This document shows positions 18,855 through 31,659 of a stretch of DNA of 64,000 bases, piece after piece. Origin of the DNA: Fibrobacteria bacterium (GTDB taxonomy: Bacteria > Fibrobacterota > Fibrobacteria > UBA11236). Made by a program: the position numbers and the translations under genes. The stretch spans positions 1 through 64,000 of the forward strand of contig JAYTSD010000008.1 in assembly GCA_043745805.1 (NCBI GenBank). Reading direction: 5' to 3'. The notes beneath the pieces are model-generated. The model was not told the DNA's origin, made no database searches, and was given only the letters and a program-made list of their open reading frames with translations. Position 1 is the first letter of the stretch. Each line of letters opens with the position of its first letter.

Positions 18855-18930
18855 AAATCCTCCATTTTTCTAATCCTTAAACTTTTTTAATTGCATTGAG
18901 ATAACCATTAACCGCAAATATTAATTGCAA

Positions 18931-21258
18931 TTAATTTCGCAATGGTTTCCCTTTTTTCAACATATGCTCAATTCTCTCCTGAGTTTTTTTCGTCCCCACG
19001 AGTTTGAGAAATTCTTCTCTTTCTAAAGCCAACAAATAATCTTCATCGACTACGGTACCTGCTGCCAATGCCCCACCGGACATAATCCGTCCAATACTTT
19101 TGGCAATTAAGGCATCATGTTCGGAAGCAAACCCTGCTTCGCGCAATAAATAAACGCCAGTTTCAATAGCGGCATAAGCTTCATTACCCAACATTTCAAT
19201 ATGCTTGGCTGGCGCAGGCGGACGATAACCCGCATCACTCATGGCCATTGCTTCGGCTTTGGCTTGATTTAAACGTGTACTATCATTGGACGCAATTACT
19301 GCACGAGAGTCTAAAAGACCCATGGTAATCGCTTCGCGGGCGGAAGTAGAAACTTTGCCCATCGCCAATAATTCAAATGATTTTAATAAATGATTAAGGG
19401 CAATGCCGCCACGATTTTTATCGAGGGAACGTAAAGTCATTTCTTTGGTACCGCCACCGGCAGGTAACAGTCCCACGCCTACTTCCACCAAGCCCATATA
19501 AGTTTCCGGTGAAAGTACCGGCCTATTGCTATGTAAAACAAATTCGCAACCGCCACCCAAAGCCATATTATGGGGAGACACAATGACTGGCACAGCAGAA
19601 TATTTAATCGCCATGCTGGCACGTTGAAATTGCTTTACCGCATAATCGATATTGTCGTACTCGCCATTTACGGCATCGAGCAATACCATAGCAATATTAG
19701 CTCCCGCACAAAAGTTAGGACCTTGATTGCCTATCACCAAACCACGAAAACTGGCATTGGCTTTATCGACAGATTTTAAAATCATATCGAGGGAAATAGG
19801 TCCCATACTATTCATTTTCGAATGGAATTCTAAAAGCGCTATCCCATCGCCAATATCCCATAAGGTAGCATCGGTCGTTTCAATAATAGCCTTATGGCTG
19901 CGACGATGAGAGTCTAAATTAAATCCTCGTGGCGCAATATTGTCGCGGCCTTTGCCGGACACCGATTTCACATTGAGCTTATCGGCCGCTTCTAGGTAAA
20001 CCTGCTCGCTACCCCCAATATTTTCCCAAAGCCAAGCCGGACAGGGAATTGCATATTTATCAATCACTTTACGAAAGGCCGTAACACCAATCGCATCAAA
20101 TATTTTAAAAGGACCCATCTCCCAAGCAAAACCTAATTCCATCGCTTCATCAATATAGGGTATCTTTTCCGCTACGGTAGAGGCAACCGTTGCAGCATAA
20201 GCAATTGAAGTTGCGAGAATACGTTGTGCGGCATCTGCTCCGGGGCCTTGCAATTCAAAAAGACGATGTAATTTCTTAGCTAAAACTTCTTCTTTGAGAA
20301 TTTCCTTAAGATCATCGAAACGCACTTTATTTTCGGGATGATATTCACTCGTAATTAAATCTAAAGCCTCGACGCCTTCTTTTTGCTTACTATAAAATCC
20401 TGCCCCGGTTTTACGGCCTAGAGCTTTTTTCTCAATTAGAGCTTGCAATGTGCTATCTACCGAATAATTTTCCGTGGGAAAGGCTTGCTCCAAATTTTTA
20501 ATAATATGCACCAAGGTATCGAGGCCTACTAAATCAGCCAGTTTAAAAGTGCCCGTTTTAGGACGACCTAATAATGAACCCGTTAAAAAATCCACCGCTT
20601 CAACACTGAGTTTCATATCCTTGGCAATGCGCATAGTTTGCACCATGGCATGCACGCCTATGCGATTCGCAATAAAGGCTGGACTATCTAAAGTGGGCAC
20701 GGAAACTTTATTCAGTACCGAAGTCAAAACATGCTCTATACGTTGGGTGGTTTCATCTGAGGTTTTAGGTCCACGTATCACTTCCACCAAACGCAAATAA
20801 CGGGGAGGATTAAAAAAATGCGTGCCGATAAAGCGTTTTTGAAAATCTTCTTTTAGCTCGCGGCACAATAATTTTAAAGGGATACCCGAAGTATTGGTAG
20901 CCAAAATTGTATGCGGCGAAGCCACCGCTTCGAGTTTTTTAAACAAGGCTATTTTGGGTTCGGGTAATTCAATAATGGCTTCGATAATCCAATCGGTTGC
21001 ACCAGCTTTTTTTAAATCGTCTTCAATATTTCCGGTTTCAATAAGATCAAGTGCTTCTGGTGTATAGGTTGGCGAAGGTTTTATTTTTTTCAAAGCCTCT
21101 TTAGCTTTGTCGGCAATAGCATTGCGATTTTTTCCTTCGGTAGGAACATCGAGCAATAAAACAGGAATGCCGCATCCTGCCAAATGGGCAGCGATTTGCG
21201 AACCCATAATTCCACTTCCCACCACGGTTGCTGTACGTATCGATTGCATATCTTTCAC
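18931..21258 (-). CDS. 3-hydroxyacyl-CoA dehydrogenase/enoyl-CoA hydratase (FadN type)
   Basis: GSGIMGSQIA, THFFNPPRY, C-terminal crotonase ALGGGCE, ends GKPLRN. Confidence 0.95.
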   Translation of the reverse strand: MKDMQSIRTATVVGSGIMGSQIAAHLAGCGIPVLLLDVPTEGKNRNAIADKAKEALKKIKPSPTYTPEALDLIETGNIEDDLKKAGATDWIIEAIIELPEPKIALFKKLEAVASPHTILATNTSGIPLKLLCRELKEDFQKRFIGTHFFNPPRYLRLVEVIRGPKTSDETTQRIEHVLTSVLNKVSVPTLDSPAFIANRIGVHAMVQTMRIAKDMKLSVEAVDFLTGSLLGRPKTGTFKLADLVGLDTLVHIIKNLEQAFPTENYSVDSTLQALIEKKALGRKTGAGFYSKQKEGVEALDLITSEYHPENKVRFDDLKEILKEEVLAKKLHRLFELQGPGADAAQRILATSIAYAATVASTVAEKIPYIDEAMELGFAWEMGPFKIFDAIGVTAFRKVIDKYAIPCPAWLWENIGGSEQVYLEAADKLNVKSVSGKGRDNIAPRGFNLDSHRRSHKAIIETTDATLWDIGDGIALLEFHSKMNSMGPISLDMILKSVDKANASFRGLVIGNQGPNFCAGANIAMVLLDAVNGEYDNIDYAVKQFQRASMAIKYSAVPVIVSPHNMALGGGCEFVLHSNRPVLSPETYMGLVEVGVGLLPAGGGTKEMTLRSLDKNRGGIALNHLLKSFELLAMGKVSTSAREAITMGLLDSRAVIASNDSTRLNQAKAEAMAMSDAGYRPPAPAKHIEMLGNEAYAAIETGVYLLREAGFASEHDALIAKSIGRIMSGGALAAGTVVDEDYLLALEREEFLKLVGTKKTQERIEHMLKKGKPLRN

Positions 21259-21283
21259 TCCTTCAAGCGAGTGTTAAAAACTC

Positions 21284-23044
21284 TTATGATTTATATAAAG
21301 TATCCAATTCCTTTTGGTATTTTTCCATCACCACATGACGTCGCAATTTCATAGTCGGCGTTAACTCACCCGAATCAATGGTAACGGGATTAGTGATAAT
21401 GATAAATTTTTGCACCTGTTCCCAATGATTGAGCTTGGCATTAGTTTCGTCAATAGTTTTTTGCACAAAAGCTTTTGCCGTTAAGCTTTGTAGAAACTCT
21501 AGGGGGGATTGTTCTCCCATTCCCATTTCCTGTTTTACAGCCTTTAAATTTTCGAAATCCGGAAAAATAAAACAGGTGGTATAAGGTTTTCCTTCGGCAA
21601 TAACCATCACCATATCCACTAATTTGTTTTTAGAAATAGCCTGCTCAATAGGAACCGGCGCCACATACTTTCCATTGGCGGTTTTAAATAATTCTTTTTT
21701 ACGCCCCGTAATCTTGATGTAACCTTCATTGTCGACATGTCCTAAATCACCAGTATGTAACCACCCATGCGCATCTATGGCCTTAGCCGTTTCTTCCGGC
21801 TGATGATAATAGCCCTTCATAGTATTAGGGCCAGAGGCGAGTATTTCTCCCTCATCACTAATTTTGACTATTACTCCAGGAAAAGCTTGGCCTACCGTTC
21901 CCACTTTTCGATGCCCAGGATAGTTCGCCGCAATTACGGGAGAGGCTTCTGTTAAGCCATAACCTTCATAAACTTCAACTCCAATATTCACAAAAAAATT
22001 ATTGAGGCTAGCCTCCAATGGTGCGCTTCCAGAAATTGCTATACGCAGCTGGCCTCCTAAGGCTTTACGCATTTTAGCATACACTAATTTATCGAGAATA
22101 AAATCTTGCCAATTTTTTTGCCGTAATGGATTTAGAGTTTTTGCGCGCTCTAAAGCTAAGGACCCTAATTTTTTCTTTAATCCAGTGGCTGTTTCCACAT
22201 TACTTTGCATTTTGGCAAAAACTTTTTCTAAGAGTCGTGGCACTAAAGTGATAATAGTGGGATGTATCTCACGCATATTATCAGCGACTTTTTTAATCTC
22301 TTCGGCAAAATAAAGCGAGCAACCCGTTGACATATAAAAATAGGCCACCATGCGTTCGAATATATGCGCCAAAGGCAAACAGCTCAGTATAGTATCCTGT
22401 AAAGGATCAAGCGGAAAGCGTTGATGGGTCGCTTCTACTTGCGACACCAAGTTTTTATGCGATAACTCCACACCCTTAGGGACACCTGTACTTCCCGAGG
22501 TATAGATAAGGGTAGCGGTATCTTCAGTATTAATTTTTTGCACACAAGCAGCATATTCACTAGGGTTTTGCGCAAAGCGTTTTTCCCCTAATAGCAAAAG
22601 GGTATCATAAGTAATAACCTTGGGATTATTCATTTCCGTTTGAGAAATGATTTTTTCTAAGGATCCAAAAAAAGGCTGTAAGGCTAGATATTGTGATTCC
22701 GATCCGACGAATAAAAAGCGCATTGCCGAATCATTTATTTCATATTGCAAATTATCGGGTGATATATTGGCGAACATAGGCACCGTAATACCTCCACCCG
22801 CCAGCACAGCTAAATCCATCATGATCCAAAAGGGCGAAGGATCCGCAACCAAACCCACTTTATCGCCTGGTTTTAAACCGACTTCTAATAATCCCAAACA
22901 AAGTTTGCGTACAGTCTCACCTATGACTTTCGTAGAAATTTTTTGCCAAACCCCTTTTTGTTTATAGCCTAAGGCACAATCATTTTTGAAATTTTTTTCG
23001 ATATATTGCAATAAAGCCGGAAGCGTGGAATATTTAGTATTCAT
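21284..23044 (-). CDS. Long-chain fatty acid-CoA ligase
   Basis: YTSGSTGVPKG, EGYGLTE, TGDLG, ELTPTMKLRR. Confidence 0.95.
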   Translation of the reverse strand: MNTKYSTLPALLQYIEKNFKNDCALGYKQKGVWQKISTKVIGETVRKLCLGLLEVGLKPGDKVGLVADPSPFWIMMDLAVLAGGGITVPMFANISPDNLQYEINDSAMRFLFVGSESQYLALQPFFGSLEKIISQTEMNNPKVITYDTLLLLGEKRFAQNPSEYAACVQKINTEDTATLIYTSGSTGVPKGVELSHKNLVSQVEATHQRFPLDPLQDTILSCLPLAHIFERMVAYFYMSTGCSLYFAEEIKKVADNMREIHPTIITLVPRLLEKVFAKMQSNVETATGLKKKLGSLALERAKTLNPLRQKNWQDFILDKLVYAKMRKALGGQLRIAISGSAPLEASLNNFFVNIGVEVYEGYGLTEASPVIAANYPGHRKVGTVGQAFPGVIVKISDEGEILASGPNTMKGYYHQPEETAKAIDAHGWLHTGDLGHVDNEGYIKITGRKKELFKTANGKYVAPVPIEQAISKNKLVDMVMVIAEGKPYTTCFIFPDFENLKAVKQEMGMGEQSPLEFLQSLTAKAFVQKTIDETNAKLNHWEQVQKFIIITNPVTIDSGELTPTMKLRRHVVMEKYQKELDTLYKS

Positions 23045-23129
23045 ATTGACTTTTCCTCGGAAATAATTTTTCGGCCATTTTTATTAATTCTTTGGCAAAA
23101 GTAAAAATCCTCAACTTATGATAACCTAT

Positions 23130-24749
23130 TTAAGGAGAAAAAAGCGAGGATAATGCATGAATTCCATTTTCGGTATAATTCAGAAGCTTGGAGTATTTTT
23201 TATTTAAGTCAGTTGCAAATTCTGGATAAGCCAAAAATTTGCTGTCTAGCATTTCATATTTGAAAAAATCTGCCAAAATATTTTTTTCACTGCCTAAACA
23301 ATTCAGCTTATGAGCAAGGTTTTGCAATTCACCATGCTTTGCCAAAATACTTTCACGATCTCCACCTTGTATAAATAACGCCATCAACTGAGCACTAATT
23401 TTTTTTCCGAAAGAAAATTCATTTTGTAATTCTTGTAAGTTCACCAAAACTTGCGAATAGATTTCATCCCAGCGCGAGGATTGGGAAACCCGTTTAAAAA
23501 TATTAAGCACATAATCCCGATCCCAAGGCAAATCAAAAATCAATTCCCAAATTAGACGATTAAGATAACCCCAAAGGTAATGTGAAGATATTTTACATCC
23601 CGCCACAGGTTCATAAGCCATAGTCCCATTACACAAAAAACGACTTTGATAAAAAGAAAGCTCCGTAAAAGGCCATTCCTTAAAGGCTGTATTATCGAAT
23701 AAATATTGTGTAGCCAAAAAAACAGCCTCCACGCTGAGCACACTTTTACAGCGCATACCCTCACAAAGATTTTCTTTTTGACAAGGTGAACAAGGAAGCT
23801 CGGTTTGTAATATGGCATGCCCTTCCCCATAAGGAGCCGTCTCGCAATAATAAGCCGTGGAAAAATACAGACCCAATGCTTTAGTATTCACCGCAGCCGC
23901 AATATGAATAGTACCGGTATCATTGCTAATGAGTAATCGACATTGGGTTAATATTGCCGCAAGCTGAGTTAAACTAGTTTGTCCAATTAAATTCAGACAA
24001 GGTGTATGCATGATAGCGGTAAACTGAAAGCCACTAGCTAATTCGCTTTTATCTCCCAGTAGCAATATGTCACAATTTAATTCTTGAATAAGTTTTTTAG
24101 CTAAAGCCGCATAGTTTTCCACACCCCAAGTTCTATGCTCATGGCTAGCTCCAAGTTGTAAAGCAATTAATGGTTTTGCAGCCGTATAATTTAATTGCGC
24201 CAAACTATTTTTTGCCCATTGTTTATCTAAATCCGATTGCGGTAAATAATTTTGCATGGGCTTTGGACTAGTCGATGAAATCCCCATATAAAGATCCACT
24301 AAGTTAAAATGATTATGCATGCGATGACTGACTAGGGAAAAAAGATATTTTGCCCAATTGCCGTGTAAAAGAATCTCATGTTCCTGCGCATTGACTCTTC
24401 CCCATTTTTTTTCGGCGCTTAGTCCTTGCATCATTAGGGAAGAAGGCAAATCACTCGTTAAATTTATAGCCACCTGATAATGATCTTTTAACGCTTCCAA
24501 AGAAAGAAAAGGTTCTTGCGCAAAAGGCTTTGCATGCGCTTCATCGGCATACAGTTTATTCAGATCATCAATAGGAATGGGAATTACGCTATCCCACAGG
24601 AGTGAACTTTTAACCACCGATTGAAATTCAGAAAGGCAAACTAATGTAATATGACAGCCAGGATCAGCTGTTTTCCAGCTTTGTAAAACGGGTAGCGTTT
24701 GCACTAAATCGCCCATTCTTGTGAGTTGCAAAATAATGATTTTGAACAT
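23130..24749 (-). CDS. Glycosyltransferase family 9 (heptosyltransferase-like) with C-terminal extension
   Basis: QLTRMGDLVQTLP, ISNDTGTIHIAAA, CSPC..C..C. Confidence 0.88.
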   Translation of the reverse strand: MFKIIILQLTRMGDLVQTLPVLQSWKTADPGCHITLVCLSEFQSVVKSSLLWDSVIPIPIDDLNKLYADEAHAKPFAQEPFLSLEALKDHYQVAINLTSDLPSSLMMQGLSAEKKWGRVNAQEHEILLHGNWAKYLFSLVSHRMHNHFNLVDLYMGISSTSPKPMQNYLPQSDLDKQWAKNSLAQLNYTAAKPLIALQLGASHEHRTWGVENYAALAKKLIQELNCDILLLGDKSELASGFQFTAIMHTPCLNLIGQTSLTQLAAILTQCRLLISNDTGTIHIAAAVNTKALGLYFSTAYYCETAPYGEGHAILQTELPCSPCQKENLCEGMRCKSVLSVEAVFLATQYLFDNTAFKEWPFTELSFYQSRFLCNGTMAYEPVAGCKISSHYLWGYLNRLIWELIFDLPWDRDYVLNIFKRVSQSSRWDEIYSQVLVNLQELQNEFSFGKKISAQLMALFIQGGDRESILAKHGELQNLAHKLNCLGSEKNILADFFKYEMLDSKFLAYPEFATDLNKKYSKLLNYTENGIHALSSLFSP

Positions 24750-24807
24750 CTGAAATTATGGTCCAATTAGGTGAGGCATTGCAAGTTTTGATTGCTAAAT
24801 TGAAATA

Positions 24808-26178
24808 ATGAATAAAAGTAAATCGCAATCCTTATTTGTTTGTCGTGAATGCGGCGAGCGATCTTCGAAGTGGACAGGTAAATGTCTTTCCTGTGGCGCT
24901 TGGTCTAGCATAATTGAAACACGCGAAGATGCCGAACCCACTCAAAGAAGAGGTTTGAGTCAATCCGGCCAAGCAACTTTAGCCGTACCTTTGCGCGATG
25001 TCGCCACCCAAACCGAAGTACGGATTAAAACCAGTATCAATGAATTAGATCGTGTACTAGGCGGTGGCATTGTTCCGGGTTCTTTAATTTTAATTGGTGG
25101 TGATCCCGGCATCGGAAAATCCACTTTACTTTTGCAAATGATGGTGGTACTTTCTACCGCCGATGTGCCGACGCTGTATGTTACAGGGGAAGAATCGCTT
25201 GGTCAATTGAAAATGCGTTCCGAACGTTTAGCTACGCCTTCACCGAGTTTATTAGTATTAGCAGAAACGGATTTAGAAGTTGTATTTAAACAAGTAGAAA
25301 AACTACACCCCAAAGTATTGATTATCGATTCGATACAAACTGTGTATAAGCCCGATTTACCAGCCTCTCCGGGTTCCGTGTCCCAATTGCGCGAATGTAC
25401 CCTGGCCTTGATGGTACACGCAAAATCCACCGGCTGTGCCACATTTATTGTGGGGCATGTGACTAAGGAAGGCACTTTAGCCGGACCACGTATGGTGGAA
25501 CATATGGTGGATACAGTGGTGTATTTCGAAGGCGAAAGACATCATTCCTACCGCATGTTACGGGCGGTTAAAAATCGTTTTGGAGCTACCAATGAAATTG
25601 GTGTTTTTGAAATGGGAGCCGATGGCTTGCAACAAGTTGAAAATCCTTCGCAAGTATTTGTGCAAAATAGCGGCGAACGCGATCCAGGATCGGTAATTTC
25701 CTGCACTATGGAAGGGACGCGTCCTATACTCCTAGAAATGCAAGCCTTAGTGGGTCGCAGCCATTTTTCCGTCGCGCAACGTGTGAGCATGGGTTTTGAC
25801 TCAAAACGCTTAACTATTATTCTTGCGTTGCTCGAAAAATTTGCAGGGATTGAAATTGGGGGGCATGATGTTTTCGTTAATGTGGCCGGTGGTTTTCGTG
25901 TGGAAGAGCCGGCAATTGATTTAGCCGTGGCTGCCTCTGTAGCCTCCAATCATTTGGGGCGTAAATGTTTAGCGGGAACTTTAGCTTTAGGCGAATTAGG
26001 ATTGAACGGAGAATTGCGATCGATTCCTTTAATTGAAGCGCGCATTCGCGAAGCGGCCCGACTGGGGTTTAAATCTATTGTCATCCCCAAAGCCGGTGCA
26101 AACAAAATCTATGTGCCAGGTGTTACCCTGCATCCTGTACAAAAATTAAATGATGCCTTTGAATACCTTTATCAATAA
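24808..26178 (+). CDS. radA: DNA repair protein RadA/Sms
   Basis: C4 Zn finger, GDPGIGKST, KNRFG, Lon-like C-terminus. Confidence 0.98.
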   Translation: MNKSKSQSLFVCRECGERSSKWTGKCLSCGAWSSIIETREDAEPTQRRGLSQSGQATLAVPLRDVATQTEVRIKTSINELDRVLGGGIVPGSLILIGGDPGIGKSTLLLQMMVVLSTADVPTLYVTGEESLGQLKMRSERLATPSPSLLVLAETDLEVVFKQVEKLHPKVLIIDSIQTVYKPDLPASPGSVSQLRECTLALMVHAKSTGCATFIVGHVTKEGTLAGPRMVEHMVDTVVYFEGERHHSYRMLRAVKNRFGATNEIGVFEMGADGLQQVENPSQVFVQNSGERDPGSVISCTMEGTRPILLEMQALVGRSHFSVAQRVSMGFDSKRLTIILALLEKFAGIEIGGHDVFVNVAGGFRVEEPAIDLAVAASVASNHLGRKCLAGTLALGELGLNGELRSIPLIEARIREAARLGFKSIVIPKAGANKIYVPGVTLHPVQKLNDAFEYLYQ

Positions 26179-27351
<1,173 letters not shown>

Positions 27352-27354
27352 TAG

Positions 27355-27585
27355 CTAATCTTTTTGATGATAAAACTCTTCCCAAGTTTGCTGAAAAATA
27401 TTTTTATAGAATTCAGCATGTTCAACTAAACTATCCAAAGGTACCCCTACTTTTTGAATCAGGTAACCGACCATTTCATTCCACATATCACTTTGCTCAT
27501 AATATTTTTTTTTATCGGCTCGGGTGGAGACTTTTTTAAGGTAAGTAATTAATTCTTGTTCTTGTTTAGTATTTAATGGATTCAT
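27355..27585 (-). CDS. Hypothetical protein (76 aa)
   Basis: ATG 4 nt after the kinase stop; fills the gap to tgt without overlap. Confidence 0.6.
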   Translation of the reverse strand: MNPLNTKQEQELITYLKKVSTRADKKKYYEQSDMWNEMVGYLIQKVGVPLDSLVEHAEFYKNIFQQTWEEFYHQKD

Positions 27586-27589
27586 ACTA

Positions 27590-29188
27590 TTAATAATTCG
27601 CTAGTTGTGAGGATTTTACAGGTGAATTTTTAGTAAGGGGTAAAGTGTAATGTGGAAAATAAATACTAAAATGAGTTCCCTTTTTCAGTTCACTTTGTAC
27701 TTGTATAAATCCTTTATTTTGTTGCACAATTCCATATACCGTTGAAAGTCCTAAGCCCGTACCTTCACCCATTTCTTTAGTTGTATAAAAAGGTTCGAAT
27801 ATGTGCGGTAGAATGGCTTCATCAATTCCCGTTCCGGTATCCCGCACACGCAAACAAACATAATCAGAGTTGGAATTTTTATTTTCACTTTCAGAATAAG
27901 GTTTTGGAAAATGCAACTTATTCGCCGAGGAAGTAAATTCAATTTCAGGATTACCCGTTAGGGAAATTTCAAAATGAATAATGCCTCCTTTAGGCATAGC
28001 GTCCCGAGCATTAATAGCCAGATTTAAAATGACCTGCTCCATTTGCCCAGGATCCAATAAAGTCAAAGCCACTTCCACAAAAGAATGCACATGAATTTTT
28101 ATTGTATCACCAATAATTCGATGTAAAATATCGAGCAAACCATTAACTGCATTATTTAATTCTAAAACCACCGGCTGCACCACCTGCTTACGACTAAAAG
28201 CCAATAACTGGCGTGTTAATAGTCCCGCTCTCTCACCTACTTGTATAATTTCTTGCACTTTTTTATGGCAGCTTTCCGGAAGCTCAGGTTGCTGTAATAG
28301 CATTTCACCCGACCCCACAATAGCCGTTAAAAGATTATTGAAATCATGGGCAATACCGCCAGCCAAACGCCCAATCGCTTCCATTTTTTGGGCTTGGCGA
28401 ATTTGCTCTTCTAAATTTCTCTTTTCTGTGACATCTCTCACAATACCCACAAAATGCCTAAAGCTCTCGGTTTGCATTTTGTTAAGCGTTAATTCCAATG
28501 GAAAGAAACGTTTTTGCTTATGTACACCTTGTTTTACTTGGGGTGAAAGTCGCGATTTGTTTAACCAAGCCACAATCTCTGGCTCATTATTAAAATCACC
28601 TTCGGGCCAGGCACCCGGCATAAAATGGCGAATATTTTGTCCTTGGCATTCCAATGCACTGGCACCAAAAACTCTTTCAAAAGCAGGATTAGTAGAAAGA
28701 ATCGTGCCTTTATCATTAAAAGTGAAAATGCCATCGTCTACCGTATTAACTACGGCGCTTAAATAAGTTTGGTTTTCTCGTAAAGCCGCATATGCCATGC
28801 GCTTAGCTTTTTGTAAATCCCTTGATTGTAAAGCATGATCAACTGCCAAACCTAGACGTGTTAATTTTCCTTTAATTAAATAATCCGCAGCGCCTAATTT
28901 CATACATTCGACAGCGGCTTCTTCGCTTACGCTCCCGGTCACAACAATAAAAGGCGTTTCAAAACCGGATTGCTGTAAAATGCGGAGCGCCGAAGGGGCA
29001 TCAAAACTGGGTAAAGTATAATCTGCTAAAACTAAATCGAGATCTGCACTAAGATTTTTAAGAAAGTTTTCTTGATCCTCAACACAAATATAATCAGGGT
29101 TATATCCATTTTTTTTTAATGCATGGATTAATAATTCCATATCCGAAGACTGATCTTCTAACATCAAAACTTTAATAGATCGACTCAT
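27590..29188 (-). CDS. Hybrid sensor kinase REC-PAS-HisKA-HATPase
   Basis: N-terminal REC, PAS, IAHDFNNLL H-box, NARDAM, GTGLGL. Confidence 0.93.
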   Translation of the reverse strand: MSRSIKVLMLEDQSSDMELLIHALKKNGYNPDYICVEDQENFLKNLSADLDLVLADYTLPSFDAPSALRILQQSGFETPFIVVTGSVSEEAAVECMKLGAADYLIKGKLTRLGLAVDHALQSRDLQKAKRMAYAALRENQTYLSAVVNTVDDGIFTFNDKGTILSTNPAFERVFGASALECQGQNIRHFMPGAWPEGDFNNEPEIVAWLNKSRLSPQVKQGVHKQKRFFPLELTLNKMQTESFRHFVGIVRDVTEKRNLEEQIRQAQKMEAIGRLAGGIAHDFNNLLTAIVGSGEMLLQQPELPESCHKKVQEIIQVGERAGLLTRQLLAFSRKQVVQPVVLELNNAVNGLLDILHRIIGDTIKIHVHSFVEVALTLLDPGQMEQVILNLAINARDAMPKGGIIHFEISLTGNPEIEFTSSANKLHFPKPYSESENKNSNSDYVCLRVRDTGTGIDEAILPHIFEPFYTTKEMGEGTGLGLSTVYGIVQQNKGFIQVQSELKKGTHFSIYFPHYTLPLTKNSPVKSSQLANY

Positions 29189-29283
29189 GAATAAAAATCC
29201 TTTACCTAAATAATATTCTCTTTATCAACACATTACCACTAAATCAATTCTACTAGATTTTAAATGGGTATGAAGTATAAATT

Positions 29284-29664
29284 TCAGCTAAAAAACCAGA
29301 TTCCTGTAATCAAAGTACCCATCCAAAAGGGAACCGTAATTTTAGCCCAAAATAAATGCCAACGTTTATTCTGCCTTAGTCCAAAATAGGCCGTTAAAAT
29401 CAAGGAAAATAATAATGGCGTGGAAAATGCGCGATGAATGCGCATACGCAATGGCGAGGTGAGCAAGGAATAATCCCAACCGAGAATTACCGTGACTACA
29501 AGACCTAAAACACCAATGAGAGTAACAGTAAATGCCAGTAAATTGATTTTTCGATGCAAGGCAATTTGGCCTTTTATAGCCTTGGAGGCACTATAAATAA
29601 ACACAAAAGTGTTAAAAAATATCACAGCCTGTATGCAACGTAAAAATGCCATTTCTTTACTCAT
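29284..29664 (-). CDS. Small 4-TM membrane protein (DUF420-like)
   Basis: Four hydrophobic helices with conserved-looking His residues (LHRK, IHR, WH). Confidence 0.65.
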   Translation of the reverse strand: MSKEMAFLRCIQAVIFFNTFVFIYSASKAIKGQIALHRKINLLAFTVTLIGVLGLVVTVILGWDYSLLTSPLRMRIHRAFSTPLLFSLILTAYFGLRQNKRWHLFWAKITVPFWMGTLITGIWFFS

Positions 29665-29795
29665 ATGTTCCTTCGAAGGGTGAATTTAACATTTATCTCA
29701 TATTTAGTTAGAAAAAGCCCTGCCGCTTTACCAAGTCACATTTACATAGAAACATTTTTTTGCTATCAAAAGGCAACCACGTGGTAAAATATAGT

Positions 29796-31595
29796 ATGCG
29801 ACTTTTTGCAAAAAAAACAATCGAATTTCCACATGAAGGAAATTTCGAACTACGTATTCTGCAAGAATTAGCTAGACGCTCAATCTCAGTAACTTTTGTG
29901 TATTCGAGTGTAATGGCCATTGTGCTCATTGCCTCACCAGAAATTAGAAAGCATTCATGGTTTACATGGATTATCACCCTACTTTCTATTCTCATTGGCG
30001 GTATTCGCTTTGGGCTAATTAAAAAGCAAAAGCAAATTTGTGCTTATGATGCACTTTTATGGAAAAAACTTTTCCTCAGCTTTACCTTAATATCAGCTTG
30101 CCTATTTGGAATTTATTCCGCCTGGGTATTGTTCAATTATACTAATTCATGGATTACTCTGATTTTATTAATGTCCTGTGCAGGAATTAGTGCTGGAGGG
30201 ATTTATCCGCTCTCTCCTCATAAAATAGGTGTTCTCTGGTTTTTAATTTTATTGTTAACACCTTACATCCTTCTTAGCCTTAGCATGGGTGATCCGCGAG
30301 GTTATGCTATTGCGGCCTCCGTCACCATGTATTTATTGGTAAATATATTACAAGCCATTCGAAGCCATCGTGACCTAATACAAGCTTGGCAACAAGAGGA
30401 AAAACTTTCACGACAAACCAAAGTTTTATTATTGGCCAAAGAAGCCGCCGAAGCAGCGAATAAAACTAAAAGCGAATTTCTATCAACTATGAGCCATGAA
30501 ATTCGTACGCCCTTAAATGGAGTAATTGGTATTAGTCAACTTTTAAAGGATACCGAATTAACCACAGCGCAGCGAGAATACACCGAAACTATACAAAAAA
30601 GTGCAGAGATTTTACTGTCACATATTAATGATATTTTAGACTGTTCAAAAATTGAAGCCGGTAAAATTCAATTGGAAAAAATGCCTTTTGATTTAAATGC
30701 ATTGATCAAGGATATCAAGAATATTGTTAATCCCAAGGCAAAAGAAAAAAATATTCAAGTCATTTATTTGGATTGTCCCGATTTAAATCACTCTTTATTG
30801 GGAGATGCGAATAGACTAAAACAAATCCTTCTTAATTTAATGGACAATGCGATTAAATTTACGGAAAATGGGAATGTCACCCTGCAATTACAATTACAAG
30901 AAAAAACCTCAACAACCTTAACTATAAACATAAGCATAGCCGATACTGGTATAGGTATGAGTAGTATAGTTATTAGTCAGTTATTTACAGCCTTTACACA
31001 AGCGGACTCTTCCACAACGCGCAAATACGGTGGCACGGGATTAGGTTTAATGATAAGTCGGAATTTAGTGCGTTTAATGGGCTCCGATTTATTAGTAGAA
31101 AGTCAAACCGAAATTGGATCAACATTTTACTTTACCTTAACTTTGCCTTATGAGGAAACCTCTATGCAAATCCAAATTCCCGAAACCACGAATATTAACG
31201 CCAAGGATATGGGTAACAATTTAACCATGCATGTTTTAATTGTGGAAGATAATCTGGTTAATCAAAAAGTGGCACAAATGATGATTAGAAAGCTAGGATA
31301 CACCTCCGATTTAGCAATTGATGGTGTTCAAGCGGTGGCCATGGCCATGGAAAAAACTTATCCCCTTATTTTTATGGACTGCCAATTGCCTTTAAAAGAT
31401 GGCTATCAAGCCACGCGTGAAATTCGTGAAAAGTTAGGAAATAGTTCGGCGATTATAGCTATGACCGCAAATGCTATGGTCGGTGATAAAGAAAAATGTT
31501 TTGCCGCTGGCATGGACGATTATGTAAGTAAACCTGTGCAATTTGAATTGTTAAAAGCCGCTATACAAAGAGTTTTAGAAGTTAAAAAGAATTAA
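29796..31595 (+). CDS. Membrane hybrid histidine kinase (TM-HisKA-HATPase-REC)
   Basis: [28 protein letters not shown]-terminal [11 protein letters not shown]. Confidence 0.95.
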   Translation: MRLFAKKTIEFPHEGNFELRILQELARRSISVTFVYSSVMAIVLIASPEIRKHSWFTWIITLLSILIGGIRFGLIKKQKQICAYDALLWKKLFLSFTLISACLFGIYSAWVLFNYTNSWITLILLMSCAGISAGGIYPLSPHKIGVLWFLILLLTPYILLSLSMGDPRGYAIAASVTMYLLVNILQAIRSHRDLIQAWQQEEKLSRQTKVLLLAKEAAEAANKTKSEFLSTMSHEIRTPLNGVIGISQLLKDTELTTAQREYTETIQKSAEILLSHINDILDCSKIEAGKIQLEKMPFDLNALIKDIKNIVNPKAKEKNIQVIYLDCPDLNHSLLGDANRLKQILLNLMDNAIKFTENGNVTLQLQLQEKTSTTLTINISIADTGIGMSSIVISQLFTAFTQADSSTTRKYGGTGLGLMISRNLVRLMGSDLLVESQTEIGSTFYFTLTLPYEETSMQIQIPETTNINAKDMGNNLTMHVLIVEDNLVNQKVAQMMIRKLGYTSDLAIDGVQAVAMAMEKTYPLIFMDCQLPLKDGYQATREIREKLGNSSAIIAMTANAMVGDKEKCFAAGMDDYVSKPVQFELLKAAIQRVLEVKKN

Positions 31596-31659
31596 TAGAA
31601 AAATTTTAAGGCCCACTGTATAATTCATGAGAGATCCCAAAGTCTGAGGCTTAGTAAAA